Below are positions 1 to 13,656 of a DNA stretch of 64,000 bases, in pieces; the stretch's first letter is position 1; each line of letters begins with the position of its first letter. This DNA comes from Octopus sinensis (taxonomy: Eukaryota). Location: positions 87,668,001 through 87,732,000 of the forward strand of contig NC_043004.1 in assembly GCF_006345805.1 (NCBI RefSeq), written 5' to 3'. The notes beneath the pieces were generated by a model, which saw only the letters and a list, made by a program, of their open reading frames with translations, did not search any database and was not told the DNA's origin. The position numbers were made by a program, and so were the translations under genes.

Positions 1-2416
1 CAAGGTTATTTTTCTAGTAAAAAAGAATTATTGTGCAAAAAACATACTTTATTTGGTAGCCAAAAGATTACTGAATCTTTTTATACCTCATATGTCAAAT
101 TCAGCAACTCAAAAGGAATAGACACATGCAATCACAAGCGTGTGTGCGCATGCATGTGCACACACACACACAAGCTCTGTTTTATATATTAAGATGTACA
201 AAGAATATTCATAAATAGACACTGCTAGTTCAAATTTAAGCAGAATATTTTTAGATGTAGTTCTTAAGGTCAAGTTTGAAACAAAATTGTAATGCACTTA
301 ATGTAAAATTATGTTCCTGTGAGTATATTTCATTTATCTCTCCATTTTAGGTTTTAAAGCCCTAACTGGAAATTATCTGAAATAGAGCTGAGAATATTTA
401 TATACCACAAGCCTAAGAGAAGGACTTCACATTTTTTTGAGCAGCCTGTCTATCCTGAACATCTAATTACTATAGATACTAATGCAGTAGTAAATATCAA
501 CTGTACTGGTATAACAGTTATTAGAAATTAGTTTTTTTTATAACCTAACATGTGTGAAACAGTTTCTGTTTTTTGTTTTGTATGTTAAACAGTTTCCATA
601 GTGAACATGCGAGTTGGGGTAGATGGTAGATTAATGTTGGTGAATTCTTTTGTACTGGTGTAGGCTAATAAGTGGAATGACTAGGTATGAGAAAGCAATA
701 AATATGCTTCTGGGATGGGAATGAGAGAATAATTATAACAACAGATGGAAAGGTGTGTTGAAGGAAGATGACCACTACCAAACTTTCAATGAGTAAAAGA
801 GGATGAACTAATAGTAGACAAAACAGAAGGAAGGAGGCACAATATAATACTGGAGTAAGAGCTGAGAATTTTGTAGAAAAAGTCTGCTAATCAGATAGTT
901 TGATTTTTTTCAGATGTAGCCAGTGGAGCACAGAAGCATTCTAGAAATGAAAAACAGTATTTCATGACAGAACATACCTTTATTTTAAACCAAGGCAGCT
1001 CTGTTTCTAAATTATATGGGTTACTTAATGACCAAGGTGTTAAATTTCCTATTCAAAATGTATATAAAATTATATTTATTCCTGTTTTGGGGACATATAA
1101 AGAGAGAATAAGAGCTTAAATGTCATTGATCAAAAACTTGATTTTCCTCTTCTAGCTCTGGAGTTGTCCAGTACATAAGACTTCTCAGACACTGAACAGA
1201 AATTACAAATTATTCTTAAACATAAGGAACTTAACCCAATATTAAAACTGGGATATAAGTCAAATGTTTTAGTGAGAATAAGTTACTTTAAATTTATTAG
1301 TACAATATGTTGTAGGTATTTCTGCAGGAAATCTGTTCCTTGAAAGTTGTACTTGAACAGATGAAATAATCTGATCATTCGAAGATTTTATCTGCAGAGT
1401 GGTCAAATGTAACAGTCAATATCAAACTGAACAAGGAATTATCCATTTGGCAAATAATAGATACTAAAGAATAGCCACATCCAAAATTTGTTCTTTATAA
1501 GTTTGGTGAGCGTAGCAGTAACCTAAGCTACATGCAACAAAAATTGTGACATTAATAGATGCTGATATGACAGCACAGTGCATATAAGAATGGATAATAT
1601 TATTACAAAAAACAAAGAAATTTTTATTTTAATCAAAAAGTAAATGAAATATTTTAGCCTGTAATCATTGTGAACGAAGAATGGAAACAACAAGTAGAAA
1701 AGGGTCAATTATAATAAAAATCTGTTTGGATTATCATGTCATCATAACTATCTTCTAGATTAGTGTTTTACATCCCATACAAAGAGTAAAATGTGTTGGA
1801 AAGATCATATGTAACAACTTTAAAGATATAGATGCATATCATTCTGAAAAGATATGCTTCAGTCATTTTAAGGTATTCTAATTCAAGAATTCTTTGATCT
1901 ATTTCCACAAAGATTACAACCATTCATAACCTTAGCAGCAAAATCAATATTTTCTGTAAACTATCACTGATATCATTTTCTCTTGTTGGTCTTAGAATAA
2001 CCTCAGAAATGTAAAATTACTTCCCAAAAATTATTTTGGGACTTTCTACAGGTATTCTTTGGTTTGAGGCCCTTCTAAGCTAAAAACATTTTAGAAAACT
2101 TAGTGTCAGTGTATTAAGTAGAAGTAAAGGATATCAGCATTTGGTAAGCAGGAAAGAGCATACATCAAGTTTTTCAAAGACATTTAAATGATGTGAAGCA
2201 TTTCCATTTTATTCTATTCAACTTTTTTAATGAACCAGGTACATGATGTGATTACATAGCACTAAAACCACTTCTCTAGGGCTGACATTTCTATATAGAA
2301 GCTATTATCTCAGTGAGGGTTTATGTTAACTATAAAATCGTGAAATTCCTGTTCTATTATTTAAAGTTCTAAACATGAATCAAACTGGAACAACTTTTTT
2401 TTGTCTTCTCTGTCAG

Positions 2417-2464
2417 TTTATTTTTGGTAAAGTTTCAGAAAAGTGACTATGTAACAAAGTTAAA
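2417..2464 (+). CDS. Candidate 48-nt internal exon (LFLVKFQKSDYVTKL), host gene unidentified
   Basis: Strong polypyrimidine acceptor (tttttttttgtcttctctgtcag), one open frame, GTATGT donor, phase 2-2. Short open frames arise often by chance in AT-rich DNA. Confidence 0.2.
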
Positions 2465-2737
2465 GTATGTAACACAAGCTTTATTGTCCACAGCTTTTGG
2501 CTTATATAGGGTGTGCTAAAGTCAATAACAAAATAATTTACTGATGTTACTTTTCTTGCAAGAACTTGCTTTATCACAAAAAAAAAACTATAAAATCACA
2601 GGAAACAGAAACATCAAATTTTTTTCAGCTCCTTCAAAACCTGGGCAAAAGTGAGTGATTAAGTAACACTACCCTTTTCAATTCATTGGTTGAACAAATG
2701 GCTGCTCTAGCTGAGTTTTGAGTCCATAAACCTGGAC

Positions 2738-2949
2738 TCTCTTTTACTTTTTTTACTTGTTTCAGTCATTTGACTGCAGCCATGCTGGAGCACTACCTTT
2801 AGTTGAACAAATCGACCCCAGGACTTATTCTTTGTAAGCCTAGTATTTATTCTATCTTTCTCTTTTGCTGAACTGCTAAGTTACGGGGAAAATAAACACA
2901 CTAACATCGGTTGTCAAGTGATGGTGGGGCAGACAAACATACACACAAA

Positions 2950-3040
<91 letters not shown>

Positions 3041-3200
3041 CAGGCTTCTTTCAGTTTCCGTCTACCAAATCCACTTACAAGGCTTTGGTCATCCAAAGGC
3101 TATGGTAGAAGACACTTGCCCAAAGTGCCATGCAGTGGGACTGAACCTGGAACCATGTGGTTAGGAAGTAAGCTTCTTACCACACAGCCACTCCTGTGCC
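2738..3200 (-). mobile_element. tRNA-derived SINE family A (CORE-like block, internal microsatellite), full length
   Basis: Minus strand has a tRNA-like head with A-box (TGGCTGTGTGGT) and B-box-like GGTTCAGTCCC, central (TG)n/(TA)n, and tail GACTGAAACAAGTAAAAGAG. It aligns to copies at 4756, 7434, 37937 and 38455. Confidence 0.9.
2954..3038. repeat. (TG)n(TA)n compound microsatellite inside the SINE
   Basis: Directly visible. Confidence 0.98.
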
Positions 3201-3423
3201 ATTTAGATTTTTTAATATTTTCCAACTAAGTAAGGAAAAACTAAGTTTACCAAGTATTACTTCAAAGTGTGGTTTTGAAACACTGGAATTCATCATCCAC
3301 TTCTATCATAACTAACCATAATTACTTTTACTTTGAATATTCATCTGGTTTCTCAGTTTACTTTACACAATCAACATTACAAAAGCTGACAAGACATGCT
3401 CATCTTAGCCATGGTTTTCTGCT

Positions 3424-3612
3424 TTAACCTTTTAACATTCACATTACTCTCTCAAGTGTAATGCTTGTAGCTTCAAAATAATGATGATGTGATTGCTTAT
3501 TTCAAGAATGACATTGCAGGGTAGGTATGAGAAGCTGGATCTGGCTGGTTTGAATGTGAAACAGGTAGGATATTTAGGCTGGATATGGCTGGGTTAAATG
3601 CTAAAGAGTTAA
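3424..3612 (+). mobile_element. piggyBac-like TTAA MITE family 1 (internally deleted copy)
   Basis: TTAA|CCTTTTAACATT...AATGCTAAAGAG|TTAA termini; internal sequence shared with six other copies. Confidence 0.75.
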
Positions 3613-4755
3613 ATATACTCATACCTCTAAAATTCAGTATTACACTCACAATGTCTTCATCCATACAATGTAAAACCATGGAAAACTGAGTTTATTAATA
3701 TTGTTATTATATGATAGTTTTTTTTAAGTAGATGTTGAATACTTGCAGGCATTTTTCTTTTATGAAAAAGAGTAACAATTGATAACATTTGGAAATGCTA
3801 TCTTTTTCATTGAATTTATAATTGAATCAGCACAACATTTTAGAACATTTTTTATCAATGGAAGTAATAGTGAGTCTTAAAACGAACCAAAAACAAGCAT
3901 GTATCTCTTACATGAAAAGTTGTAGTAGAAGAAAAAAAAAAAGAGAGAAATTTTGGAAGTTATTTTAATATTTGTTTTAAAACACCCTTGAAGCTTTTTA
4001 GTTGTTTTTTTCTCCCCAGATCAAATCTATCAACTTTAACTCTTTATTACTGATGTTAACTGCACACTTTTAAATCATAAGAAATTTTTACAAATAAGAG
4101 TCCATAACATACAGTTACACAAATTCTCTTGTGACTAAGCATACAGAATACACTAGAGAAACTTTTCATTAAATATAACAGGGCACACAAGTGGGGGAGG
4201 GAAACAGTTGCACGTACAGCAACAAAATAATAAACATCATAAAAAAGGGCTAACAATTTTATCAATAATGGATTTAGAATATTATAAGATTATAGATGAG
4301 GAAAGTGACTAATAACAAACAAAGATTTTCCAACAAACTCTATGAACTAACAAAAATGAATTTGAAAACAATTAACTATTCAGTGGCATTGATCAAAATA
4401 TGGAGAGAGTAAATATTTTTGAGTTGATTAATTGAGTAGCATTTTTTAGCCAAAACAAATTACACCAGTAAACAATACTAAACAAATTGAGTGGTCTCTT
4501 CATTGTTTGTAATCTCTGTATATCTAAATACCATTATTACAAATTCTATAATGTCTATTTTCCTATATTGGCATGGATTTGACGGATCATATTAATCTTG
4601 AGTCATGATGTCTGTAAGGACCAACGTCATGTGATCTATTCTCACCACTTCATATTAGATCTTCCTTGGTCTTTCTGTACTATGAAAACCTTCAATTGTT
4701 AGCTCATGAAGCTTTTTGAAACAAAATAATTAAATCATCATTTCTATTCATAAAT

Positions 4756-5097
4756 GTGTGGCATCTTGGGCAAGTGTTTTCTACTATAGCCTCGGACCAA
4801 CCAAAGCCTTGTGAGTGGATGTGGTAGATGGAAACTGAAAGAAGCCCATCGTATATATGTATATATATATGTATGTGTGTGTGTGTGTATATGTTTGTGT
4901 GTCTGTGTTTGTCCCACCAACATTGCTTGACAACCGATGCTGGTGTGTTTACGTCCCTGTAACTTAGTGGTTAGGTAAAAGAGACCAATAGAATAAGTAT
5001 TAGGCTTACAAAAGAATAAGTCCTGGGGTCGATTTGCTCGACTAAATGTGGTGCTCCAGCATGGCCACAGTCAAATGACTGAAACAAGTAAAAGAGT
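4756..5097 (+). mobile_element. SINE family A, 5'-truncated
   Basis: CTTGGGCAAGTGTTTTCTACTATAGCCTC core, internal microsatellite, GGGGTCGATTTGCTCGACT block and family tail. Confidence 0.9.
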
Positions 5098-6589
5098 CCC
5101 TGGCACAATGGAAAAAAATACTGCCAGTACAGATAGTTTGCGAAGCACTGATCTACATTACTGATTCTAACCATTACAACAGATAATGCAAAGCAGTTCA
5201 TGGAAATCTTTCCAAGGATGCTATAAGTGATTCTACTGCTAACATGTAGTAATTTCTGTCAGTTTGCTAAAGAGACCCTACTATATATTTCATATACCTT
5301 TGTCTGCACTGCTTACATAATATTGAACCCCTAACTACTCCTTTCCTACTTATCAATCAATCAAAGCCACTTAATATATGACAGCATGATTCTGTGTTTA
5401 TTACTGGTTACAACTTTGGTCTTTGCTATCTCGAATTTTCAGGATTGGACTCTAGTCATTCATGCTTGCTTAACTTTCTTAGTACCAACCACACTACAGA
5501 GCACAGGCTCCTCACAAAGGACATTTGAAGGTTGTCAGTTGAAAAGAAGAGTAGCTTGGTTTTAGTAGTTATCACACCAAAAAACATGGCATTTGCTGTC
5601 TCTCATTCTGATACAACCATAACAATATCTTATCCAAATTGACCCTCTCTTGCACTAATTTCATTATCATTCACTGAGCAACTTTCAAAATTGGTCCATC
5701 TACATACTTTTGTCAATGTTTTAATGCATTAATTAGCTCAGGGACTTTGCAGTAATCTTATGATCTGCTATCAGTTTATAGTAATATCATTAGGTATAAC
5801 ACCATTGATTATTCATACAAATAGAAATCCCAGTAGTTGCATATGTGGTAAGTAATTTGGACATTATCACTGATGGACCTGATATCTTCCCGAACTTCAA
5901 TCTAGATCATACTGAAACATAATACTTCAGTTACTTCTTACTAACCCACCTATAATTCTTCATTCAACTTCTTACAGTAACATTTCTATATTATTTCTAT
6001 TTTGTTACTGAGAACAAACTTACCAATATAAGACATTAATCTCCAACATCATTTTTGTTAATAGAGTATGTTCCTTGCAATTTGAAAAACTTCTTGCTTT
6101 TTACTCTCTCAGTGTAGAAATTAGCAAACCTCCAAATCTGAGCCTCTTGGCATAATAAACATGCTATCAAGCCTCCTGGAACCACCCTTCGCTACCTATT
6201 TTCCTTTACCCCTCAAGGTCTACTGATTAGCTAAATACACACATTGGTATATAACAATTCTATCTATGAAAATAGAAGCATAGTTTTTAAACATTACACT
6301 TATATATATAAAAGAAACATTTATTATAAATACATTCAGTATTAATGACTACACTAGAAATTGAAGAGGTTGACACAAAAATTAATAAACCAATGTTTTC
6401 AAATAAAATCTGACCTGAGAGAGAGAGTTTAGGTGAGACTAGCTGGTCACTTGGCACAAAAGAAGAAAAACTAAATATAAATATTACTTTTATAGTGATT
6501 GAAAACATCATCTTAGGAATGAATCCAACTTGGTTACTGAAAATAGAATGGGCAATGAAGCAAACAATATAATTTAAATGCTTTATCTC

Positions 6590-6885
6590 TTTCTCTCCCT
6601 CTCTCTTTCTAAATGATCTCCCCACCTCTCTCTAAATGATCTCTCTCTCTTTACATCTCTCTAATGATCTCTCTCTCTCTCTTTACATCTCTCTAAATGA
6701 TCTCTCTCTTTCTACATCTCTCTAAATGATCTCTCTCTTTCTACATCTCTCTAAATGATCTCTCTCTCTCTACATCTCTCTAAATGATCTCTCTCCCTCT
6801 CCCCTCCCTCTAAATGATCTCTCTCCCTCCCTCTAAATGACCTCTCTCCCTCTCCCCTCCCTCTGATCTCTCTAAATAACCTCTC
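6590..6885. repeat. Pyrimidine-rich minisatellite, core CTCTCTAAATGATCTC, about 11 copies, period about 23-32 bp
   Basis: Directly visible tandem array with variable CT-rich linkers. Confidence 0.95.
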
Positions 6886-7433
6886 AGTTTTTCCTTTAGA
6901 TTGCACAGAAGTTGAACATACCCTTATATTCTAACCTGCCAATTAGTGTAGTGTTATTGAGGGTGATATGCTGAAATACTTGGGCACTTGGTAGGAAATA
7001 TCCCAAAGCATGTCTTTCAGGACCCAACAAAATTAACTATTGCCACTTTTGCTTGGTCCTGAAAAACATATTTTCCCAATGATTAAAAGGCAGAATTTGA
7101 ACTGAGGATACGTAGAACAGATACTGTAAGGCATTCTATTCAACACTTTGACAACGCAGCCAATGCACACACAGAGGAGGTTGAACAAATGTCATAAGAC
7201 AAGAATATAGATCACTTGATATTTGAAAATAGAGATACATACTCTTATAATTATAGTATGAAATCACTGTCAAAGTATGTTACTCTGTTGAAAAATTTGC
7301 ATTGACTCAAATGAAACCATTATGATCACTGAATTTAAACATATCAGTTGTAGCTTAATGTGACCCCAACAACTTCACATACATGAGGCAGAGTGACCAG
7401 CCCAGATCACTGCACCACACTAAAGCAGAGAAG

Positions 7434-7808
7434 AGGCATGGCTGTGTGGTAAAATGTTAGCTTTCCAACCACATGGTTCTGGGTTTGTTCCTGCTGTGTG
7501 AAACCTTGGGCATGTGTCTTTGGCCATAGCTCCAAGACCAAGCAAAAAAATGTGAGTGGATTTGGTAGACAGAAACTGAAAGAAGACCAATGTATATTTA
7601 TGTGTCTTTGTGTTTGTCCCCCACTACCATTTTGACAACTGGTGTTCGTTTGCTTACATTCTCATAATCTATTAGTTTATCCACAGAGATCAATAGAATA
7701 AATATCAAATCTTAAAAAATAAGTACCAGGGTTGATTTGTTCAACTAAAACTCTTCAAGGTGGTACCCAGCATGACCACAGTCCAGTGACTGAAACAAGT
7801 AAAGATAG
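7434..7808 (+). mobile_element. SINE family A, full length, diverged
   Basis: Head GGCATGGCTGTGTGGT, core block and tail GACTGAAACAAGTAAAG. Confidence 0.85.
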
Positions 7809-7994
7809 TCACTCTTCCTTTTTTTAGAATCTGAACAAGCACTTTGCAATGCAACGCAAGTTATGCCTGGAAATTTAAAGAGAAAGCTACAAACAACAAC
7901 ATAGATAATAGAGAGATGCAGGTCTTAAATAAAAGGGCTCTGAACCATTGCAAGGAGAGCTATGTTAAAAGGCTCTCAAGAATTAGGAGCTTGC

Positions 7995-8085
7995 TTAACC
8001 CTTTAGCATCTGACCATATGTTGCCCAAATATTCCACCTGTTTTATGTTACCACTGACCAGATGTGGCCTCTCGTACCTATACTA
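7995..8085 (-). mobile_element. TTAA MITE family 1, partial
   Basis: TTAACCCTTTAGCAT terminus and about 90 bp matching the copies at 16981 and 26211. Confidence 0.6.
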
Positions 8086-8529
8086 AAAAGAAAGGAAATA
8101 TATTTTGCCAAAATATTTTGAGTAATGTAACTTACATTAGGAAAAAGGAAAAGTTCATCTTTGTTTTTATTCACTATTTATAAAAACTACAAATCTATTT
8201 AAACATACATACAATGCCCAATATATATATATATATATATATCTCAATGGAACAATATGATAAAAATAAAATACACATAGGAACAAACATTAAGTGGATA
8301 TTATTTTAGACAGTCTAAGTTTATATTCCACTCAAGGAGTATTATGATGGTGGGTCTCTGAGCAAGGCACTTAAGTTTATAAGCCCGACTTTATATACCC
8401 TATTAGGACAGACTTATTGATTATTTCACTATTCAAGGAGTTAATCACAAACAAATTTGAAATGTCTTTTTTTTTGTTTTGTTTTTATTTTGTGCTATTT
8501 TAATCATTTTGTCTACTGTAGTGTGTATG

Positions 8530-8705
8530 AAAGGTGACAATAGGTGAAGAAGTGCCAAGTAGAAGAAACTTACAGAAGAGGAAGATGCAAGAAAATGTGG
8601 TGAAAGCTAATCTTGGTATGTTGAACCTCATGAAGGAAATGACACAAAAAAAATGCAATGAGTGGTGAGACACTGTATAAGAAAGATTCATCAAACCTAT
8701 GCATA
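8530..8705 (+). pseudogene. Old RTE LINE C-terminal remnant
   Basis: Frameshifted translation KCQVEETYRRGRCKK..VVKANLGMLNLMKEMT parallels the RTE end at 57929-58100 (GRGRPRKTWDEVVKHDLRALGLTEAM). Confidence 0.5.
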
Positions 8706-8940
8706 CATATATAAAAAATAAAGGGAAAACAGGAGTAAAATTATGATGGTGTTTATCTTAAACCTAAATGATAGACAATATCTTGTTAATATTTCAAAAT
8801 TTAAAGAAATATAAACAAAATGATAAAATATGATTATCTGATTGTAAATTAATAATAATAATAAAACAAGTTAGTCTGCTAGCTGTGAATAGCTGACACT
8901 TTCCATCACACCCAGCAAAATAAACAGAGAGTTTTCATCA

Positions 8941-9161
8941 AATAATAATAATAATCCTTTCCACTATAGGTACAAGGCCTGAAATATTGGGGAGGGGGCT
9001 AGTTGATTTCATCAACCCCTGTACATAACTGGTATTTATTTCATGGACCCCAAAAGTATGAAAGGCAAAATCAACCTTGGAGGAACCTGAACTAAGAATG
9101 TAAAACCAGAAGAAATGCTGCTAAGCATTCTCTCTGGTGCTAACAATTCTCCCAACTCACC
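8941..9161 (-). mobile_element. tRNA-derived SINE family B (Deu/Nin-like block, ATT tail)
   Basis: AATAAT tail, CCTTTC..TATAGG.ACAAGGCCTGAAA, GACCCC..AAG.ATGAAAGGCAAA block and tRNA-like head; matches the copies at 13657, 13882, 45993 and 46180. Confidence 0.85.
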
Positions 9162-9204
<43 letters not shown>

Positions 9205-9217
9205 TGATGATGATAAT
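9162..9217. repeat. (AAT)n/(GAT)n microsatellite
   Basis: Directly visible. Confidence 0.95.
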
Positions 9218-9269
9218 GAAAATATATTGGAGATGGAAATAAAATAGACAAAATTCATATACATGGTGA

Positions 9270-9750
9270 TGCTAGACCTGACCAACAGGTGGTGAAAAGT
9301 TTGAAATGCATTGAAAACATGGAAAATTAGGAGTCATACAGGTAGATAACATGAGTGAGATAACTTGCACTTAATGATTCTAATGGAAAAGATTGTTGTA
9401 CATTATTATTATTAGAAAAAGTATGTTGAGGAAAAAAAAAGATTATGAAGATTTAGAAGATTCTAACAGAACTAACATGTTTAAGTAAATAAATTATACA
9501 GAGAATAGGATTTTTCATGACTAGCATTCCAAGATATGTATATGAGATTATATACTGCAGATGTCGGTGTTGATTGATGCAAGAAAAAAGTAAAAAAAAA
9601 ACAAAAAAAAACACTACATAGCAGGTGAAAAATATGTGGTTAAAAGTAATAACTTATAATAATTCAAAACTGTCAATTCCAGGGGTATAGTTTATTGGAC
9701 ACTGACAAAGAGTGATAAATATCTTGTAAAGGCAAATTCCATTTCATGAT
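9270..9750 (+). pseudogene. Possible highly degraded LINE reverse-transcriptase remnant
   Basis: Fragments such as LEKYVEEKKRL..DLEDSNR resemble the RT motif QEKY.EK..L...F.DLEKAFDRV; many stops and frameshifts. Confidence 0.3.
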
Positions 9751-11949
9751 GCCACTAAATATTGGATCAATATAAATAATAAAGGTAATAAAGTGATAAA
9801 AGCTAGGGAGAGATATCTATTAACTGTTATTCATCTGAATATTTAAAGCTTTAATTGTAACATTCAAGATACAAATAAGCTAATAAAATTACTTTCATTG
9901 CAGGGAGGCTCTAATGGTAAATTTTTGGTTATTTTCCAATGTTTTTTAACCATATATTTTTTTAGCTGTTTAAATATCTGTGTACAGTGAACTGAAGAAA
10001 GTGACACAATAACCATCCAGGGAATTAGATAAAAAAAAAAAACCATAGGAAAATACAGAAATCCTTAAACAAACTTTATTTGGTGTTCAATAAACAGGCA
10101 ACAGGCAATGAATGATAGATGAAACTTTACAACAAAAACAACCTCATGCAGTGACATCAATAATTCACTGAACAGTGGCTTCACACTACACAGAGCACAG
10201 TTAATGGTTGGTGAACATTTAAACAAAATGTGTCAGATACAGAGAGAATATGATAGAGCCAATTTTTCAGAATGTTTCAGAATGAGTGAAGCACACACAC
10301 AAAATGTAGACAACACAATGAACCATTTTTGTACAATTTGAATTGAAGAATAAAAGGTAAGATAAAACCAATTAGAAAAGTTACATTTGAACACCCTAAA
10401 CTGTTCTTTGTGGTTTGGCACTTTTTCTGAAGCTCTTTTACAGGAAAACATTATGATGAGAAGGTTACAGCTATAAAGAGAGGATTATTAATTATAAATG
10501 TTAATAAAATGAGTGAATTGAAAAGCACAAGTAATAATTGATCAAGTTGCTCAATGTAGTAATTTGGCACTTCCCATATGAGTGACTCCATGTTTTAAAT
10601 GCTGAAACTGAATCTTGAACAACAAGGCTGATGAGGGGAATTCCATAATAGTTTTCAATTCTTTGATAATTGTTGCTATCTATGTCCTTTAACTTATTAA
10701 TAACTATAGCACACACAGTCTTAAATTTCATCATAAATTAGCTTCTTGTACTGTGACACATGATCTCCCCTCTCCTCACTATCCTTTCATCCTCTCACAT
10801 CCTCTGCTCTTATCATTGTTGTATCCATATGATTATCACTGGCTTTTTTTCTTGTGAAATCCGAACAAGCCACATACTTTTTCTCCCCCAACTCCTTTCA
10901 GCTGATATTTTTGAAAGCCAATTTTCCTTTCTATTTCCTTTGCACTTGTCCACTTGCTGATGTTTTTTTTTTTTTTCTAAATCATGAGATGCTAATCTTT
11001 TTGTGTTAAGTTGTAAGACTTGTATTTTTCATTTTCTGCCTTCTACCTTTGTGATTTTTGCCACATGAATAATCTTGTTTTCTAATGGACCAAAATTATT
11101 ATTAATCCTATGGTAATATGGCCAATGAAGAGTATTTTTACATAAATGCATGTGCAAGTGTAAATGAATGTCCATTGATTTTTAATTAGCATGTGAGTAG
11201 CAGAGAATTCCACAGACATGTGTTTTCTTTATGCAATACTCAAGCAGAATGAGCATAACACTGTGTGATAAGGTTGAGTTTTTGAATTACAAGTACAATC
11301 CATCCAACAGGTTTCTGTCTATCTAATTTCTCTCACAAAGTTTAGGTTAGGTACTTGCCCGAGATGTTGTGGAATCAGATTTCATGTGATACTTCCCAAC
11401 CGTTTTTATCATGCAACATCCAAGTGCGAATGTGTATGTGAGGTGGTACAGGTATGGAAAGTGTCATGCAACATTTAATAACATCTGTATTCCAAATCTT
11501 ATTGAAAGCATCTTTGCCTTCCTTCTTCCCTTCAATATCAATTCTTTTATACCTTTGAAGGTGGTGCCCAACGCAGCTAGTCTAATAGCTGGAATCTCTC
11601 TCTCTCCCCCCTCCCACACACACACCATAGCTATTTATGCTTATTAATCAACAGGAGAGGAGCTATCTTTCTTTCGTGGATTCAAAAATGAGATCTTGCA
11701 ACTCCCACTACAGCTCTTAGTTTATTTAAGCACTCAGTCATTGTTAGAATCTTCTAACAAGTTATTCAATAATAATTTCCTTGATATATGAATTGTATAG
11801 GGATGCCTTTCAAGCTGTTCAAAACCTGCTGCTCCTGTAGTTCCCTTATGCTGTGTATATATTATATAAGATACAGTACTATATCTTTATATGATCCATT
11901 TATGTAGCCATATTTACATTATTTTTGAATCAAAGGAAATAAAAAAGTT

Positions 11950-12790
11950 CAAAATAGATGAACATCAATGGAATTTGTATCTTTGTGGTTCCAGTACCGG
12001 TGGCACACAAGAAAACCATCCGATCGTGGCCGTTCGCCAGCCACATCTGGCACCTGTGTCGGTGGCACATAAAGACACCATCCGAAGACCCGGCGACGTA
12101 GACAGTCCACCTGTGCATACCTTCCTTCTTGTGACACTTGTGAAGACCTGTTGAGGCAAGTGACACTTGTGAAGACCTGTTGAGGCAAGTGAAAATCAAA
12201 TCAAATCAAAACAAATCAAAATAGATGAACATAAATGGAATTTGTATCTTTGTGGTACCAGTGCCGGTGGCACACAAGAAAATCATCCGAACGTGGCCGT
12301 AGCCAGTACCGCATAGACTGGCCTCCGTGCTTTGGGGACGTAACAAACACCATCCGATCGTGGCCGTCCGCCAGCCTCATCTGGCACCTGTGTCGGTGGC
12401 ACATAAAAACACCATCCGAGCGTGGCCGTCTGCCAGCCTCGTCTGGCACCTGCCAGCCTCATCTGGCACCTGTGTCGGTGGCACATAAAAACCCATCCGA
12501 GCGTGGCCGTCTGCCAGCCTCGTCTGGCACCTGTGTCGGTGGCACATAAAAACACCATCCGAGCGTGGCCGTTCGCCAGCCTCGTCTGGCACCTGTGTCG
12601 GTGGCACATAAAATCACCCACTACACTCTCGGAGTGGTTGGCGTTAGGAAGGGCATCCAGCTGTAGAAACACTGCCAGATCTGACTGGCCTGGTGCAGCC
12701 TTCGGGCTCCCCAGACCCCAGTTGAACCGTCCAACCCATGCTAGCATGGAAAACGGACGCTAAATGATGATGATGATGATGATGATGATG
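11950..12790 (+). mobile_element. Young RTE-associated 3' region (family D) with 62-bp unit array, Meta-like block and (GAT)n tail
   Basis: RTE ORF-end sequence GAAGACCCGG at about 12085 (same as 47150-47160 on minus), about 4.5 tandem 62-bp units, GGCGTTAGGAAGGGCATCCAGC, then CCATGCTAGCATGG..(GAT)n. High CpG retention. Confidence 0.85.
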
Positions 12791-13277
12791 TATAAGTGTT
12801 CAAAGAGGATGGAAATTCCTCCACTGTGATAGAACTGAGTATATTTGGTTATATGCATATGTACTTGAGACACTGGAGCTGAGTTGACTCATTTTTGATA
12901 GAGGGGTACTTTCTGGAGTTTTCCACATTACATATGATGTAATATGCACATTTTATTCTTACTGACTAATTGAAAGAGGTTAAGAGAACTGATTTGCATA
13001 TAGTTAGCAGGTTACATCATCTGAAAAAATTTAATCAGCACATGGATGGCTAAGGTATTTAGGAGATGCCATTTAATAAACATAATTTTTTTCCTATAAA
13101 AGGGGGAATACTTAAGGTATGCATAAAATGTATGATGCTACATGGTAGTAAAACATGGAATTGGGAGCGGAAAATTAACAAGAGTTGTCAAGTATGTATG
13201 ATGTTCATTTTTGAAACAGGTTTCACAGTAAATTGAGAAAGGAAATGAGAAAAAAATGAAATGTAATGTGGGTATGT

Positions 13278-13314
<37 letters not shown>

Positions 13315-13586
13315 TATAGACAGCTGTGTGCAATATGTTACCGAAAAGAAAAACTAAAATTGTCACTAAATATGACTAGGGTGTTAGAACACCTACATTG
13401 CAAGAAATAAGATCTAAAAAGTTCTAATATATATGTGTGTATGTGTGTGTGTGCATGCATAATGATAGCTGAATGAAAAAGCAGGAGGAGCTTGAAGAAG
13501 AGGAAGACAAAAGATGAGGGATCAAAATAATGAGGTTTGATCTCAAGAAACTTGTAGAACATGTAATACCAATGGGGTGCATTAAA

Positions 13587-13628
<42 letters not shown>

Positions 13629-13656
13629 ATACACACACACACACACACACATACAC

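Noticed and set aside
914-1120. 68-codon open frame after a tttttttcag acceptor (DVASGAQKH...)
   Set aside because: No recognisable domain and no convincing donor; lies in purine-rich sequence that looks like decayed transposon DNA.
2911-3164. ORFs rich in CV/YI/HT/ER repeats (also 13338, 27238, 32670, 46433, 54037, 60589)
   Set aside because: Translations of (TG)n, (TA)n, (CA)n and (AG)n microsatellites.
5500-5900. Gypsy integrase remnant on minus strand (SDNVQ, TAKSPELI-like fragments)
   Set aside because: Only two short, frameshift-dependent resemblances; not enough without a profile search.
12360-12420. HDV-like ribozyme in the repeat unit (GCCAGCCTCGTCTGGC)
   Set aside because: It resembles P3/L3 superficially, but I could not find the nested P1, P1.1 and P2 pairings; an RNAbob or Infernal search would settle it.
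11891-12763. Overlapping ORFs with repeated MCHRHR/VPPTQ motifs (also 46579-46991, 55779-56979)
   Set aside because: Produced by GC-rich tandem units lacking stops; they occur in all frames with no coding signature.
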